Of a stretch of 64,000 nucleotides of DNA, positions 15,302-25,394 are shown in pieces. The position numbers and the translations under genes were made by a program. Source of the DNA: Candidatus Woesebacteria bacterium GW2011_GWB1_39_12 (GTDB lineage Bacteria > Patescibacteriota > Microgenomatia > UBA8517); assembly GCA_000993405.1 (NCBI GenBank), contig LBWB01000005.1:3698-67697 (forward strand), written 5' to 3'. Under the pieces are notes generated by a model. It saw only the letters and a list, made by a program, of their open reading frames with translations. It was not told where the DNA came from and made no database searches. How positions within the stretch are numbered: position 1 is the first letter of the stretch; each line of letters starts with the position of its first letter.

Positions 15302-16114
15302 ATGAGAATAGAAGGTCAAACTAATACCAACCCCATTCGAGAGACTCTTGATTATTGGGGAAGACATCCGCGCGATGTCATTTTCAGGATTGCTCCCGCT
15401 TTTGTACTTTTTCTAGCGGGTTGCCGAGGGGGGAGGGGACAAATATCAAACGAAGAACTGCAAGCCACCCTTTCCGCAGGATTTGCCCAGGCTACAGAAG
15501 TTATGAAGACAGCACAGGTGGAAGCAACCGCTCTGGTTGGTGAAGGCCAGGCAGAAGCAACTCGGTTGGCCAGAACGCCAACACCTTCAAAAACTCCGAC
15601 GCCAAATTCAACAGTTGTGGCTTTGCAAGGCACAATTGCGTCTTTTCAAACCCAAGCAGCCGAAAGTTTGCCGACACTTACTCCGATCCCAAGTAAACCG
15701 GTCGAAGTCGCAACCCAGGAACTAGGTTTGACAGCGACACCAACTGAACCGGTTCTCCGGTTTTTCGTCTTGGATGATAATTCAGTTACCGAGGAAATCA
15801 GGGAAAAAACTGTTGCCTTGTTAAAAAGGCTCTTCCCCGATGCTGAGGTGGTTGGATTTGAAACCTGTACTACAGAGTTGAGAGATGGTCAATGGTCAGG
15901 CGGGGTTGCGGACCATACAATTAATGGAGTTCAGTCTGCGGGTCCAGATTGTGTAAAGGATATTCTGGAAGAAAATCCTGGTGCAACTATCGTCGGTTAT
16001 ACTCAGGGGCAAAGGGAGATGAATGAGATGATACGTGCTGGGTCGGTTGTTGTTTGTTGGAAACCAGATTCTAATTGCGTCATTGATGCATTAGACGAAT
16101 CTCTTAACAAATAG
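15302..16114 (+). CDS. Hypothetical lipoprotein/secreted protein with a Pro/Thr-rich linker
   Basis: 270 aa. Lipobox-like LFLAGC. TPTPSKTPTPNS linker. Visibly more GC-rich than its neighbours. Confidence 0.5.
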   Translation: MRIEGQTNTNPIRETLDYWGRHPRDVIFRIAPAFVLFLAGCRGGRGQISNEELQATLSAGFAQATEVMKTAQVEATALVGEGQAEATRLARTPTPSKTPTPNSTVVALQGTIASFQTQAAESLPTLTPIPSKPVEVATQELGLTATPTEPVLRFFVLDDNSVTEEIREKTVALLKRLFPDAEVVGFETCTTELRDGQWSGGVADHTINGVQSAGPDCVKDILEENPGATIVGYTQGQREMNEMIRAGSVVVCWKPDSNCVIDALDESLNK

Positions 16115-16216
16115 GAAAGGATAGACTTTAGTTTATTTTAGAATGTTTTTTTAGGTCCTAAATCCGAACTTCCCCCCACTAACCGCTAAATTCATTTTTA
16201 TGCTATATTACTAGAT

Positions 16217-16450
16217 ATGAATAAGAATCTTCTTAAACTAGCTACAATTCTTTTTTTATTGTCCACTTTTATAATTATCTTCCCAAAGAAAGTTTATGCC
16301 TATGTTGATCCGGGAACCGGGAGTTATTTTTTGCAGATAGTTGTTGGTGTTTTGCTGGGAGGACTTTTTTCAGTTAAACTCTTCTGGAAGAATGTCAAAA
16401 ATACGTTTTCGAGAAAAAAACAAAGCAAAGAAACTTCCGAGCCGAATTAA
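16217..16450 (+). CDS. Small hypothetical membrane/secreted protein
   Basis: 77 aa. Signal peptide MNKNLLKLATILFLLSTFIIIFPKKVYA plus one TM segment. Confidence 0.45.
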   Translation: MNKNLLKLATILFLLSTFIIIFPKKVYAYVDPGTGSYFLQIVVGVLLGGLFSVKLFWKNVKNTFSRKKQSKETSEPN

Positions 16451-17807
16451 TCATTCCGCCTCATTCCGCGACCCAAGCGGATCCATCTTTACTCATGATA
16501 ATGAAATTTATCGAAGAGTAAACAAAATCTACAAACCTCAGTACGAGTATCTTTTGTCATCCGGCCTTTATAAAAGGCTGGTAAAAGATGGACTTCTGAT
16601 TCCTCATGAAGAAGTAAATTTGGAGAAGATCAAAGTTTACAAGATCATCAAGCCGATAAAAATTCCCTTCATATCTTACCCCTATGAATGGTGTTTTAGT
16701 CAGCTCAAAGATGCAGCCATTTTAACTTTGAAAATTCAAAAAATTGCCCTGGAATTTGGAATGACCTTAAAAGATGCCAGTGCTTTTAATGTCCAGTTTT
16801 TGAACGGGAAACCAATACTTATTGATAGTCTTTCTTTTGAAAAATATAAGCCCGGTGCTCCATGGGTTGCCTATAGACAATTTTGTCAACACTTTCTCGC
16901 ACCCCTTAGTTTAATAGTCTACAAAGACGTTCGTTTAAATCAGCTCTCAAGAATTTACATCGACGGGATTCCTTTAGATTTGGTTGTGTCTATCTTGCCT
17001 TGGCGTGTTTTATTAAAATCCAACTTATTTATTCATTTGTATCTCCATGCCAAAAGCCAAAAAGCTTTTGCAGATAAATTTTTAAATCCAAAAAAACACA
17101 AAGTTAGCCTTAATTCTTTAAGAGGACTAATAGAAAGTTTGGAGAAGACAATAAAAGACTTAACACTTAAGACAAAGGGTAGTACTTGGAGCAACTATCA
17201 AGATACTTGGAATTACAGCAAAATTGCATACGAAGATAAAAAGAGAATTATAAAAAAGTATTTAATAAAGGCTAAGCCAAAAGGTGTTTGGGACCTGGGT
17301 GCAAACATGGGAGATTTTAGTAGAATTGCATCATCACTAGGAGCTTATGTTATATCTATCGATAATGACGCCTTAGTCATTGAGAGAAATTACCTTTCGT
17401 CTAAAAAAAAGGGGGAAGAAAAAATACTTCCTCTGGTCATTGACCTGACTAATCCCAGTCCTAAAATTGGTTGGGAGAATAAAGAGAGAGAAAGCTTTCT
17501 AGAAAGAGGGTCGACAGACTGCTTATTGGCTTTGGCTTTGATTCATCACTTAGCAATTTCGAACAATCTAAGTTTCGAAATGATTGCTAGTTCCTTTTCC
17601 AAATTATGTAGATTTCTTTTAATTGAGTTTGTTCCCAAAGATGATTCGCAGGTAAAAAAACTTCTTAGGACACGAGAAGATATTTATGGTTATTATTCAA
17701 AAGATAATTTTGAGAAGGTTTTTGCCAAGTATTTTGAAAAGCTAGACCAATCTAAACTAAAGAAGACAAATAGAGTTATATATTTTTATAAGAGAAAGGG
17801 AAGGTAG
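16392..17807 (+). CDS. Class I SAM-dependent methyltransferase-domain protein with an N-terminal domain of unknown function
   Basis: ORF 16341..17807. A plausible ATG at 16392 gives MSKIRF... Motif I VWDLGANMGDFSRIASSLGAYVISIDND in the C-terminal third. The exact start is uncertain because the ORF overlaps the small ORF upstream. Confidence 0.55.
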   Translation: MSKIRFREKNKAKKLPSRINHSASFRDPSGSIFTHDNEIYRRVNKIYKPQYEYLLSSGLYKRLVKDGLLIPHEEVNLEKIKVYKIIKPIKIPFISYPYEWCFSQLKDAAILTLKIQKIALEFGMTLKDASAFNVQFLNGKPILIDSLSFEKYKPGAPWVAYRQFCQHFLAPLSLIVYKDVRLNQLSRIYIDGIPLDLVVSILPWRVLLKSNLFIHLYLHAKSQKAFADKFLNPKKHKVSLNSLRGLIESLEKTIKDLTLKTKGSTWSNYQDTWNYSKIAYEDKKRIIKKYLIKAKPKGVWDLGANMGDFSRIASSLGAYVISIDNDALVIERNYLSSKKKGEEKILPLVIDLTNPSPKIGWENKERESFLERGSTDCLLALALIHHLAISNNLSFEMIASSFSKLCRFLLIEFVPKDDSQVKKLLRTREDIYGYYSKDNFEKVFAKYFEKLDQSKLKKTNRVIYFYKRKGR

Positions 17808-17810
17808 GTT

Positions 17811-19346
17811 ATGAAGAATAAAGTTTATTATCCGTTTATTCTCGCGTTGTTTCCTGTTTTCTTTCTTTATTCCTTTAACGTAGGCGAGGTAAAGTTTAGT
17901 GAAATTTTGCCGTCTTTATTTACTGTTTTAGGATTTAGCCTTTTTTTGTATTTAGTTTTTTACCTGATATTCAAAAAAAGTAGTGAGAAGTCGGCGCTTG
18001 CAACTTTCTTTATTCTTTTTCTAATCTTTTCTTATGGTCATATAGCAAGCGTAGTCTATCCGTTTCATAAGGATTATTATCAAATAAGCGATTTGTATCT
18101 AATAACCCTTTGGATAGTTTTAATTGCTCTTGTTATCTTTTGGGTTGGCCAGCTCAAGAAGGACTTAAAAAGGATCAATGTTTTTTTGAGCTTAGTCAGT
18201 TTAGTGCTGATTATTTTTCCTTTAGTTAATATTGGTTTCTTTCAGTTAAAAAATTCTCTAAATCAAAAAAAGTCAGAGATGCGAACTCCCCAAAAGACGC
18301 TTGAAGCGGGGGGAGAAAGTCTGGTGCAGAATGAAAACTTGCCTGATATTTATTACATAATCTTGGATAGATATGCGAGTAAAGAAATTTTGAAAGAAAG
18401 ATATGGCTTTGACAACAGCAAATTCATAAGAGATCTTCGCTCAAAAGGGTTTTATGTAGCCGAAAAATCATTTGCAAATTATCCAAAGACTGCTCATTCC
18501 TTGGCTTCGTCTTTAAACATGGACTATCTGAATTTTGGGTCAGAATCAGGTAATAATTGGAGGCCTATTTTTGATATGCTTAAAGACTATAAAGCCTGGA
18601 GTTTGTTGAAAGAAAGAGGTTATAAATTTATTCATATGGGTTCTTGGTGGCAACCAACTAGTGAGAATTCTTATGCAGACGAGAATATTAACATATATCC
18701 TCTGCCGGAGTTTTCGCTTGTCCTTTATAAGACTACTTTTTTTTATCCTCTGGGTAAAATTGCGGGTATTTTTAATGAAAGACTTATTCAATATCAGAGA
18801 GTTAAACTACAATTCGAGAAGCTGGAGAGTATTTCTCAGGATTCCGATCCTACTTTCGTCTTTGTGCACTTCTTGGTTCCTCATGACCCATATGTATTCA
18901 ACGAAGATGGAAGTTTTGTTTCCGAGACAGAGGAGACAAGAACAAGCGAGAATGACAAGTACATAAATCAGGTAAAGTTTGTTAACTCCAAGCTTATTAA
19001 CTTTATTGATAAAACTTTAAACGGACAGAGTAAATCTATAATTATTTTGCAAAGCGACGAAGGTCCGCATCCTGAAAGACACGAGCTTGACCCCTTGGGA
19101 TTTAATTGGAATGAGGCAACAAACGAGGAGCTCAAGCTTAAAATGGGGATATTTAATGCCTACCTTTTTCCGGGTGTTGACAAAAGTGTGTTTTATTCAA
19201 GTATTACCCCGGTTAATTCATTTAGACTTTTATTCAATAGTTATTTTGGGACAGACTATGATATTTTGGAAGACAGAGCCTTTGTCTTCGAGGATTACAA
19301 CCACCCTTTTAAGTTTTACGACGTGACAGACAAATTAAGAAACTAG
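17811..19346 (+). CDS. LtaS-like / sulfatase-family membrane transferase (N-terminal polytopic membrane domain, extracytoplasmic alkaline-phosphatase-superfamily domain)
   Basis: 511 aa, about 5 N-terminal TM helices. DIYYIILDRYASKE, HFLVPHDPYVF and IILQSDEGPHPE resemble sulfatase / phosphoglycerol-transferase motifs. Confidence 0.55.
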   Translation: MKNKVYYPFILALFPVFFLYSFNVGEVKFSEILPSLFTVLGFSLFLYLVFYLIFKKSSEKSALATFFILFLIFSYGHIASVVYPFHKDYYQISDLYLITLWIVLIALVIFWVGQLKKDLKRINVFLSLVSLVLIIFPLVNIGFFQLKNSLNQKKSEMRTPQKTLEAGGESLVQNENLPDIYYIILDRYASKEILKERYGFDNSKFIRDLRSKGFYVAEKSFANYPKTAHSLASSLNMDYLNFGSESGNNWRPIFDMLKDYKAWSLLKERGYKFIHMGSWWQPTSENSYADENINIYPLPEFSLVLYKTTFFYPLGKIAGIFNERLIQYQRVKLQFEKLESISQDSDPTFVFVHFLVPHDPYVFNEDGSFVSETEETRTSENDKYINQVKFVNSKLINFIDKTLNGQSKSIIILQSDEGPHPERHELDPLGFNWNEATNEELKLKMGIFNAYLFPGVDKSVFYSSITPVNSFRLLFNSYFGTDYDILEDRAFVFEDYNHPFKFYDVTDKLRN

Positions 19347-19349
19347 ACG

Positions 19350-20885
19350 TTAGTACTCGTAGATAGTAGCTTTATCATTTTCAAAAATCTTTTTGAGAAA
19401 TGGGTATCTTAAATTGCTAGCTCCTCCCTTTTTAGTAATTTCCTTTTCCTCGCTTGACCAGACAATATATTTTATTTCTTCTTCTTGCAAGAAGTTTTTT
19501 GCCTCCTCTTCCATCATTTGATTTGCATAAAATTTTGACATTACCTTGATCTTGTCCTGGGAATTTGGAGTCTGATAGTAGTGACCGAAATAGACTCTAC
19601 TACCTGTGTTGGCTGGAATAATATTTCCCATAAAGTATGCAGAAAGAACTCCAACGCCCTTTTTTGTATTTTTATTCAAAAAACTAACTAAATCGTATTC
19701 TTCTTTAGCCACATATGACCAATTACTAATTTCTCCTCCTACCCCAAAGGCCATTGCAAAACGGGCGCTTAGGATAATAAATGTTGTTGTTGGAAGTAGG
19801 ATAACCAGTAAAAAAACAAGGGATTTTTTTCTAGTCTTAAAGAACAAAGAAAAATCCTTTAGCTGGCTAAGAACAAGTAAAGTTGCTGGGAAGAAAAGAG
19901 CTCGAAGGTAATATCGGGCAAATCCTGTCGGCAGATAAGAAAGGATTATACTTAGCAGAAACCAGGTATTTAGAAAAATTAAATGTTCACTCCATTTTCT
20001 TTTTAAAAAAAATTGCATAAGTAAAAATGTGCTTAAAATTCCATATCCCAAAAAAAGTGAGATGGGATTTGGGGTGGGGAGGTTGGGCGAGAAGACACCT
20101 TTAAAAGCCGTTGAGGAGAGAAGGTGTAAGGAATATAGAATACCAGGCGGTAAGCTCAAAGCAATTGGCAGAAAAATATTTTTTATGGGTTGGACGCTTT
20201 TTCTTTTTCTGGCAAGGAACAATGCGTAAATAAAAAAGATAAGATAAAAACTTAGAAGATAAAAGGGATAAATAAAGGCAAGTACGCCTAGTGCTAACCC
20301 ACTTAGTGAAAGGTATTTAAGAGAATTCCTCTTTTGTCCTAGGAAGTAGAAAGAAAGAGATATTAAATAAAATGAAATAGCTAGCGCTTCATGAGCGCGT
20401 TGAAAAGTTGAGGCAAAAGTGAATGGAGTCATGGTGATATCAGGAAGAAATACCTTTGGATAAAATAGCCAGCCGAATCCTCCTGCAAGAGGAATTAAAA
20501 ATAAAGCTGCGTTGATGCCTTTCCGTTTGAGAAAAGCTTGCGAAACCCGATAGATGGTTAGCATTAAAACACCTCCAGCAATAACTGTTGAGATATTAAA
20601 TATCAGGAAAGGATTAGTAGACGGAAATAAGACCCCCAAAAGTGTATAAAGAGGATAAAGGACTATTGGTTTATGGGGCATGGTTGTATAAGCGTTTTGG
20701 AATTTAAGTCCGTGGGTTTGCGACCAGCGGATTGCCGAAACATAGACGTTTATATCCCAGGGATCAAACCATGAAACTTGTCCCAAATAAACTTTATCTT
20801 TTGGCGGATTTATATATCCGTAAAAGTTTGGGAAGTTATATAGGAATAAAACCAACAATGTTATTAAAATTGCCCCCCGCTTCAT
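19350..20885 (-). CDS. Large polytopic membrane protein, putative GT-C-type glycosyltransferase / glycopolymer assembly protein
   Basis: 511 aa with 10 or more predicted TM helices. Family not identifiable by eye. Confidence 0.4.
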   Translation of the reverse strand: MKRGAILITLLVLFLYNFPNFYGYINPPKDKVYLGQVSWFDPWDINVYVSAIRWSQTHGLKFQNAYTTMPHKPIVLYPLYTLLGVLFPSTNPFLIFNISTVIAGGVLMLTIYRVSQAFLKRKGINAALFLIPLAGGFGWLFYPKVFLPDITMTPFTFASTFQRAHEALAISFYLISLSFYFLGQKRNSLKYLSLSGLALGVLAFIYPFYLLSFYLIFFIYALFLARKRKSVQPIKNIFLPIALSLPPGILYSLHLLSSTAFKGVFSPNLPTPNPISLFLGYGILSTFLLMQFFLKRKWSEHLIFLNTWFLLSIILSYLPTGFARYYLRALFFPATLLVLSQLKDFSLFFKTRKKSLVFLLVILLPTTTFIILSARFAMAFGVGGEISNWSYVAKEEYDLVSFLNKNTKKGVGVLSAYFMGNIIPANTGSRVYFGHYYQTPNSQDKIKVMSKFYANQMMEEEAKNFLQEEEIKYIVWSSEEKEITKKGGASNLRYPFLKKIFENDKATIYEY

Positions 20886-20925
20886 ACTGGTAAAATTGTA
20901 AACTAAGCTAACGACATATTACCAG

Positions 20926-22551
20926 TTGAGAAATCTGAAAAAGGTTATGCTTACGAGAAAATTTAGAGGTTTTGCGGACAGGAAATTATTTCTGTTTTTT
21001 TGGGTCCTTTTATTCATAGCTTTTTGTTCAAAGGCGTTTATCTTCTTGGACCCGGATTTTGGTTGGAGGATAAAGGCCGGAGAAATTTATTTAAATTCCG
21101 GCATTCCTGAAACTGACCCCTTTTCATATACAATGTCCGCTTTTCCTTGGGTGGATCACGCCTGGAGTCAGTCGCTTCTTTTTTATTTTATATATTCAAA
21201 GCTTGGTTATTTTGGGCTAGCGCTTCTCGAATCACTTCTTGCGATTTTGGGTCTTTATTTAATTTCTTTTAGCTTTGGTAAGCCAATTTTGAGTAAAGAA
21301 ATTCTCAAAAATCTGGGATTTTATATAAATACGAGGTTTTTAAAACCTTTCTTTTTTGAATTGTCTTACGAAAAGCTGGGGCTATTCTTAAGTTTCCCTG
21401 TTCTTTTAGGGGCCTCAATATTTTTTACCTTTTTTGGTATTCGAGCCCAAACAGTCAGCTGGCTAATGATGTCCTTTTTGGTTCTTATTCTCTTTAAATC
21501 AAATTTGGGAAAAGCCAAATATATTATTCCACCACTTTTTCTTTTCTGGGCCAATCTTCACGGAAGTTTTTTGATGGGTCTAACCACATTTTTTATTTTT
21601 TTATTTTTAAAATCTGTAAGAACCAAAAAAGCGTTGATTAGCGAATGGACAATTTTAATTGTAAGCATTTTGCTAACATTTATTAACCCTTATGAAGGTG
21701 GAATTTGGAAAGAGGCATTTTCTTCCATTTCAGATACAAAACTTCGTTTTAGCATAGTCGAGTGGATGCCGGCACTTATGATGCTTGACTTGGCAATAGT
21801 TTCTTTTATAGGAATTTCGTTCAGTCTTTTTGTGAAATATAGGAAGAAGCTAAGGCTCGAGGAAACCGGATTATATATATTCTTTTTGACCTCGGCATTA
21901 CTGTCAAGAAGACACCTGCCTTTATTTGTAATTATTGCTATTCCGGTTACGGTTAAGACAATCAATTTTCTTTTGGAAGATGCAAAGAAAGTAAAGAAAG
22001 GGCAAGAGAGATTTACAAAGTTTTATAAAACGCTCTGGTTAACCAGCCTTATAATTTTCTTTATCCAAGCCATTTTTGCATTTCGTGAGGCTGGTTACTT
22101 AGGCTATGGCGGTTTTTATCCAAAGGAGGCCGTTTCTTATCTAAATGAAAATTTGCCTCGAGGTGAGATTTTCTCAGAATATGGTTGGGGGGGATATTTA
22201 ATTTGGAAATTGCCGCAAAAAAAAGTATTTGTTGATGGCAGAATGCCATCTTGGAGATGGGACGAGCCAGATAATGCTGGATTAACTTCAGCCTTTGATA
22301 CTTATAACGAAGTACTGTCGGGGAAGGTTGACTATAGAAAAGTATTTGAAAGATATGATGTCGAAGTTGTACTTTGGAGTAAACCTAAAGAAGAAGACAA
22401 ACTGGATGATCTGACCGAGAAACTTGAAGGGTTCCTTTCGGTTTTCGGATGGGAGACAAGCGATTTTGATCTTTTGCAGGCTTTAGAGCAAGATGGTTGG
22501 GTGAAAGTATACGAAGATGAAGTGGCGGTTTTATATAAAAGCCCTCGTTAA
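20926..22551 (+). CDS. Large polytopic membrane protein with a C-terminal soluble domain, putative envelope glycopolymer biosynthesis
   Basis: 541 aa with 10 or more TM helices. Divergently transcribed from the previous gene across a 40-nt spacer that contains the 7-bp inverted repeat ctggtaa/ttaccag. Confidence 0.4.
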   Translation: MRNLKKVMLTRKFRGFADRKLFLFFWVLLFIAFCSKAFIFLDPDFGWRIKAGEIYLNSGIPETDPFSYTMSAFPWVDHAWSQSLLFYFIYSKLGYFGLALLESLLAILGLYLISFSFGKPILSKEILKNLGFYINTRFLKPFFFELSYEKLGLFLSFPVLLGASIFFTFFGIRAQTVSWLMMSFLVLILFKSNLGKAKYIIPPLFLFWANLHGSFLMGLTTFFIFLFLKSVRTKKALISEWTILIVSILLTFINPYEGGIWKEAFSSISDTKLRFSIVEWMPALMMLDLAIVSFIGISFSLFVKYRKKLRLEETGLYIFFLTSALLSRRHLPLFVIIAIPVTVKTINFLLEDAKKVKKGQERFTKFYKTLWLTSLIIFFIQAIFAFREAGYLGYGGFYPKEAVSYLNENLPRGEIFSEYGWGGYLIWKLPQKKVFVDGRMPSWRWDEPDNAGLTSAFDTYNEVLSGKVDYRKVFERYDVEVVLWSKPKEEDKLDDLTEKLEGFLSVFGWETSDFDLLQALEQDGWVKVYEDEVAVLYKSPR

Positions 22552-22593
22552 TTTTCATCCTTTCTTCGGTTTTATTTGATATAATGAAATAAG

Positions 22594-24393
22594 ATGGCAG
22601 ATCAGGTTGATGAGGTAAAGTCAAAAATAGATATAGTATCTTTAATTTCTGAGTACGTTGAGCTTAAGCGCGCGGGCAGAAATTATAAAGCTTTATGCCC
22701 TTTTCACTCCGAAAAGTCCCCTTCGTTTATGGTTTCACCCGAACTCCAGATTTTCAAATGTTTTGGGTGTCAAAAAGGTGGCGATGCTATAACCTTTTTA
22801 CAAGAATATGAAGGAATGGATTTTCCCGAAGCCTTAAAATTTTTAGCCGAAAGGGTTGGGGTAAAGCTTATTAGAGAAAATTTTGTCGGTAAAGACAATA
22901 AAGAAAGGTTATATGAAATAAATTCTCTCGCGTCTCGCTTCTACCATTATATTTTACTCAATCACAATGCAGGGAAAATTGCTCTTGATTATTTAAAAAA
23001 TGAGCGGGGGGTAAAGCTTGATACGATAAAAACTTTCCAGATAGGTTATTCTCCCGATACCCCTCTTGCTTTTAAGAAATATTTAGTGGAAAAGAAAAAA
23101 ATTTCACTGAAGGAACTGGAGAAGGTAGGACTTATTTATAGCAAAAATGGAGTTGCTTTTGATAGATTTCGGGGAAGGATTATTTTTCCTTTACACGACC
23201 ACAGAGGTAATATTGTTGGTTTTTCGGGCAGAGTTCTTCCGGAAGCACGTAATGATATTGCAAAATATATTAATTCGCCCGAGACCGAAATTTATCACAA
23301 GTCAAAAATTCTTTTTGGCTTACAGTTTACAAAAGGCGAGATTAAAAAAGAAAAAGAAGCTGTTATTGTGGAAGGAGAGCTCGACGCCATCTCGTCGTGG
23401 CAAGTCGGAATAAAAAATATTGTTGCGATTAAAGGTTCGGCACTAACCGATGAGCAGGTAAGACTTTTGGGTAGATTTACTCAAAAACTGATCTTGGCGC
23501 TTGACACCGATTTTGCAGGCAATGAGGCAGCGAGGCGCGGATTTGAAACTGCCGAGAAGCTAGGTTTTGATATCAAGGTTGCAAAACTTTATGGATTCAA
23601 AGATCCGGATGAGGCTGCTCGCAAGGATCCCGAGAAGCTAAAGGAAAGTTTGACAAAAGCAAAAGACGTCTGGGATTTTATTATCGACTTAATATTTGAG
23701 CGTTATCCGAGCCTAAACGGAAGCGATAAGGCAAAAATAAGTAGGGAAATAATTCCGATACTCTCGGACATAAAGGATAAAATTGTTCAAGCTCATTATA
23801 TAGACATTGTGGCTAGAAAACTTGGAGTTTCTTTGGAAGTCGTTTCAGAACAAGTGAATAAGGTTGTTGGGGAAGAAGTTGAAAAACCGAAGCTTGAGAT
23901 ATTAGTAAAGCCCCAAGCGAAAATGCGGCGTGAGCTTTTAGAAGAGAGATTCTTGGCAATCGTCTTTCGCTATGATCCCAGAATTCTTCTTAAGAATACG
24001 CGACTTATCAAGTTAATACAAACGCCTTTGGCAAAAAGAATTGTAGAGGAGTTTAAATCTTTTTCTAAAAAGCATGCTGACTTTGATCCATCACTTTTTG
24101 CCTCTTTACTGCCGGGTGAACTTGTCGACGGCTACGTTGATTTGATACTAAAGGATATAAAAGGCTTGGATCCTGAAAATCCTGAGAGAATGGAAAAAGA
24201 GATTGTTCTTATCGAGAAGGAGTTAAGCGTACTTGATGTCAAAGAAAAGCTGGAAGAAGTTTCATTACAGATTGGCGATTTGGAGGAATTGAAAGACCTG
24301 AAGATGGTAAAAAGGAAGGAAGAAGAATTTGGGGAATTAACAAAAAAGCTAAATGAACTTGAGCACAAGAATTTTAAGGGTATAATTCTTTAG
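22594..24393 (+). CDS. dnaG: DNA primase DnaG
   Basis: 599 aa. CHC2 zinc finger CPFHSEKSPSFMVSPELQIFKCFGCQKGGDAITF. TOPRIM region EGELDAIS...DTDFAGNEAA. Followed by rpoD, the classic operon arrangement. Confidence 0.9.
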   Translation: MADQVDEVKSKIDIVSLISEYVELKRAGRNYKALCPFHSEKSPSFMVSPELQIFKCFGCQKGGDAITFLQEYEGMDFPEALKFLAERVGVKLIRENFVGKDNKERLYEINSLASRFYHYILLNHNAGKIALDYLKNERGVKLDTIKTFQIGYSPDTPLAFKKYLVEKKKISLKELEKVGLIYSKNGVAFDRFRGRIIFPLHDHRGNIVGFSGRVLPEARNDIAKYINSPETEIYHKSKILFGLQFTKGEIKKEKEAVIVEGELDAISSWQVGIKNIVAIKGSALTDEQVRLLGRFTQKLILALDTDFAGNEAARRGFETAEKLGFDIKVAKLYGFKDPDEAARKDPEKLKESLTKAKDVWDFIIDLIFERYPSLNGSDKAKISREIIPILSDIKDKIVQAHYIDIVARKLGVSLEVVSEQVNKVVGEEVEKPKLEILVKPQAKMRRELLEERFLAIVFRYDPRILLKNTRLIKLIQTPLAKRIVEEFKSFSKKHADFDPSLFASLLPGELVDGYVDLILKDIKGLDPENPERMEKEIVLIEKELSVLDVKEKLEEVSLQIGDLEELKDLKMVKRKEEEFGELTKKLNELEHKNFKGIIL

Positions 24394-24397
24394 TGAC

Positions 24398-24736
24398 ATG
24401 GCAAAGAAAGAGACAGCTGATTTAATTAAAAAAGGAAGAGACCAGGGTTTTCTAACTCAAGATGATATATTGGAGGTTTTTCCCAACGCAGAAGAAAACT
24501 TGACCGAGCTTGACGATCTTTATGACAAACTCTTGGCAGAAAGCATTGACGTATTTGAGTCGGTTGAAGCTGAAGAAATGGATTCCGATGAGAAAGCGAA
24601 AGAAAAGCTCGAGCGGGAAATTGAGATTTTATCAAAGCTGGGTGGCGCCGAATCAACCGATCCGGTCTCAGTCAAATCTTCGTCTGGTCGTTTCAATAGC
24701 CAAAAAATATATCGGCCGCGGGCTATCTCTTCTTGA
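24398..24736 (+). pseudogene. rpoD: RNA polymerase sigma-70 (RpoD) N-terminal fragment: region 1.1 through the start of region 1.2; frame breaks after ...STDPV
   Basis: [44 protein letters not shown] aligns to sigma-70 region 1.1. STDPV begins region 1.2, after which the frame diverges to [12 protein letters not shown]...*. The remainder of rpoD continues in the +1 frame. Confidence 0.6.
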
Positions 24737-25367
24737 TCTTATCCAAGAAGGTAATCAGGGTTTAATAAGAGCGGTTGAAAAATATGATTGGAGAAAAGGT
24801 TTTAAATTTTCTACTTATGCTACCTGGTGGATTCGTCAGGCAATAACCCGGGCGATTGCAGATCAGGCTCGAACCATAAGAATTCCGGTACACATGGTTG
24901 AGACGATTAATAAACTTTATAGAATCAGCAGGCGTCTGATGCAAGAGTTGGGTCGGGAACCGACCGCCGAAGAGATCGCAGAAGAGGCGGAACTGGATGC
25001 CGACAGAGTTAGGGAAATTTTTAAAATTGCCCAGGAAGTAACCTCGCTCGAGGCTCCTGTCGGAGAGGACCAGGAGAGTTTCCTGGGAGATTTTATTCCT
25101 GATGAAAGCCAGCTTTCTCCGGTTGATGCCGCATCAAAACAACTCTTGAAGAATCATCTCGACGAGGTTTTGGCGACTCTTTCTGACAGGGAAGCGAGGG
25201 TTTTAAAGTTAAGATTTGGTCTGGAGGGAAATAAGCAAATGACTTTGGAAGAGGTTGGGAAGGTTTTCGGGGTAACCCGTGAGCGCATTCGTCAAATTGA
25301 AGCAAAAGCACTGCGTAAGCTAAAGCATCCCAGTCGACGAAAGAAACTTCAGGATTATTTGGAGTAA
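24510..25367 (+). CDS. rpoD: RNA polymerase sigma-70 factor RpoD, regions 2-4 (reading frame continues from the upstream fragment after an apparent deletion/frameshift)
   Basis: [81 protein letters not shown]...[41 protein letters not shown] is near-identical to primary sigma factors. Sigma-like sequence begins at about 24679. The annotated ATG at 24510 is not a biological start. Confidence 0.75.
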   Translation: MTIFMTNSWQKALTYLSRLKLKKWIPMRKRKKSSSGKLRFYQSWVAPNQPIRSQSNLRLVVSIAKKYIGRGLSLLDLIQEGNQGLIRAVEKYDWRKGFKFSTYATWWIRQAITRAIADQARTIRIPVHMVETINKLYRISRRLMQELGREPTAEEIAEEAELDADRVREIFKIAQEVTSLEAPVGEDQESFLGDFIPDESQLSPVDAASKQLLKNHLDEVLATLSDREARVLKLRFGLEGNKQMTLEEVGKVFGVTRERIRQIEAKALRKLKHPSRRKKLQDYLE

Positions 25368-25394
25368 CCTTTGCCAAGTAGTAAACTGACTAAG

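Noticed and set aside
16341-16391. N-terminal extension (MLVFCWEDFFQLNSSGR) of the methyltransferase ORF
   Set aside because: It overlaps the small-membrane-protein gene in another frame. MSKIRF at 16392 is a more plausible start, though a further downstream start cannot be excluded.
22594-24393. Possible intein or insertion in dnaG because of its length
   Set aside because: 599 aa is normal for DnaG (zinc finger + TOPRIM + C-terminal helicase-binding domain). No intein motifs seen.
24398-25367. Treating rpoD as a single intact CDS
   Set aside because: The frame demonstrably shifts between ...STDPV and NLRLVV, with only 7 nt between them. A single uninterrupted ORF does not exist in the sequence as given.
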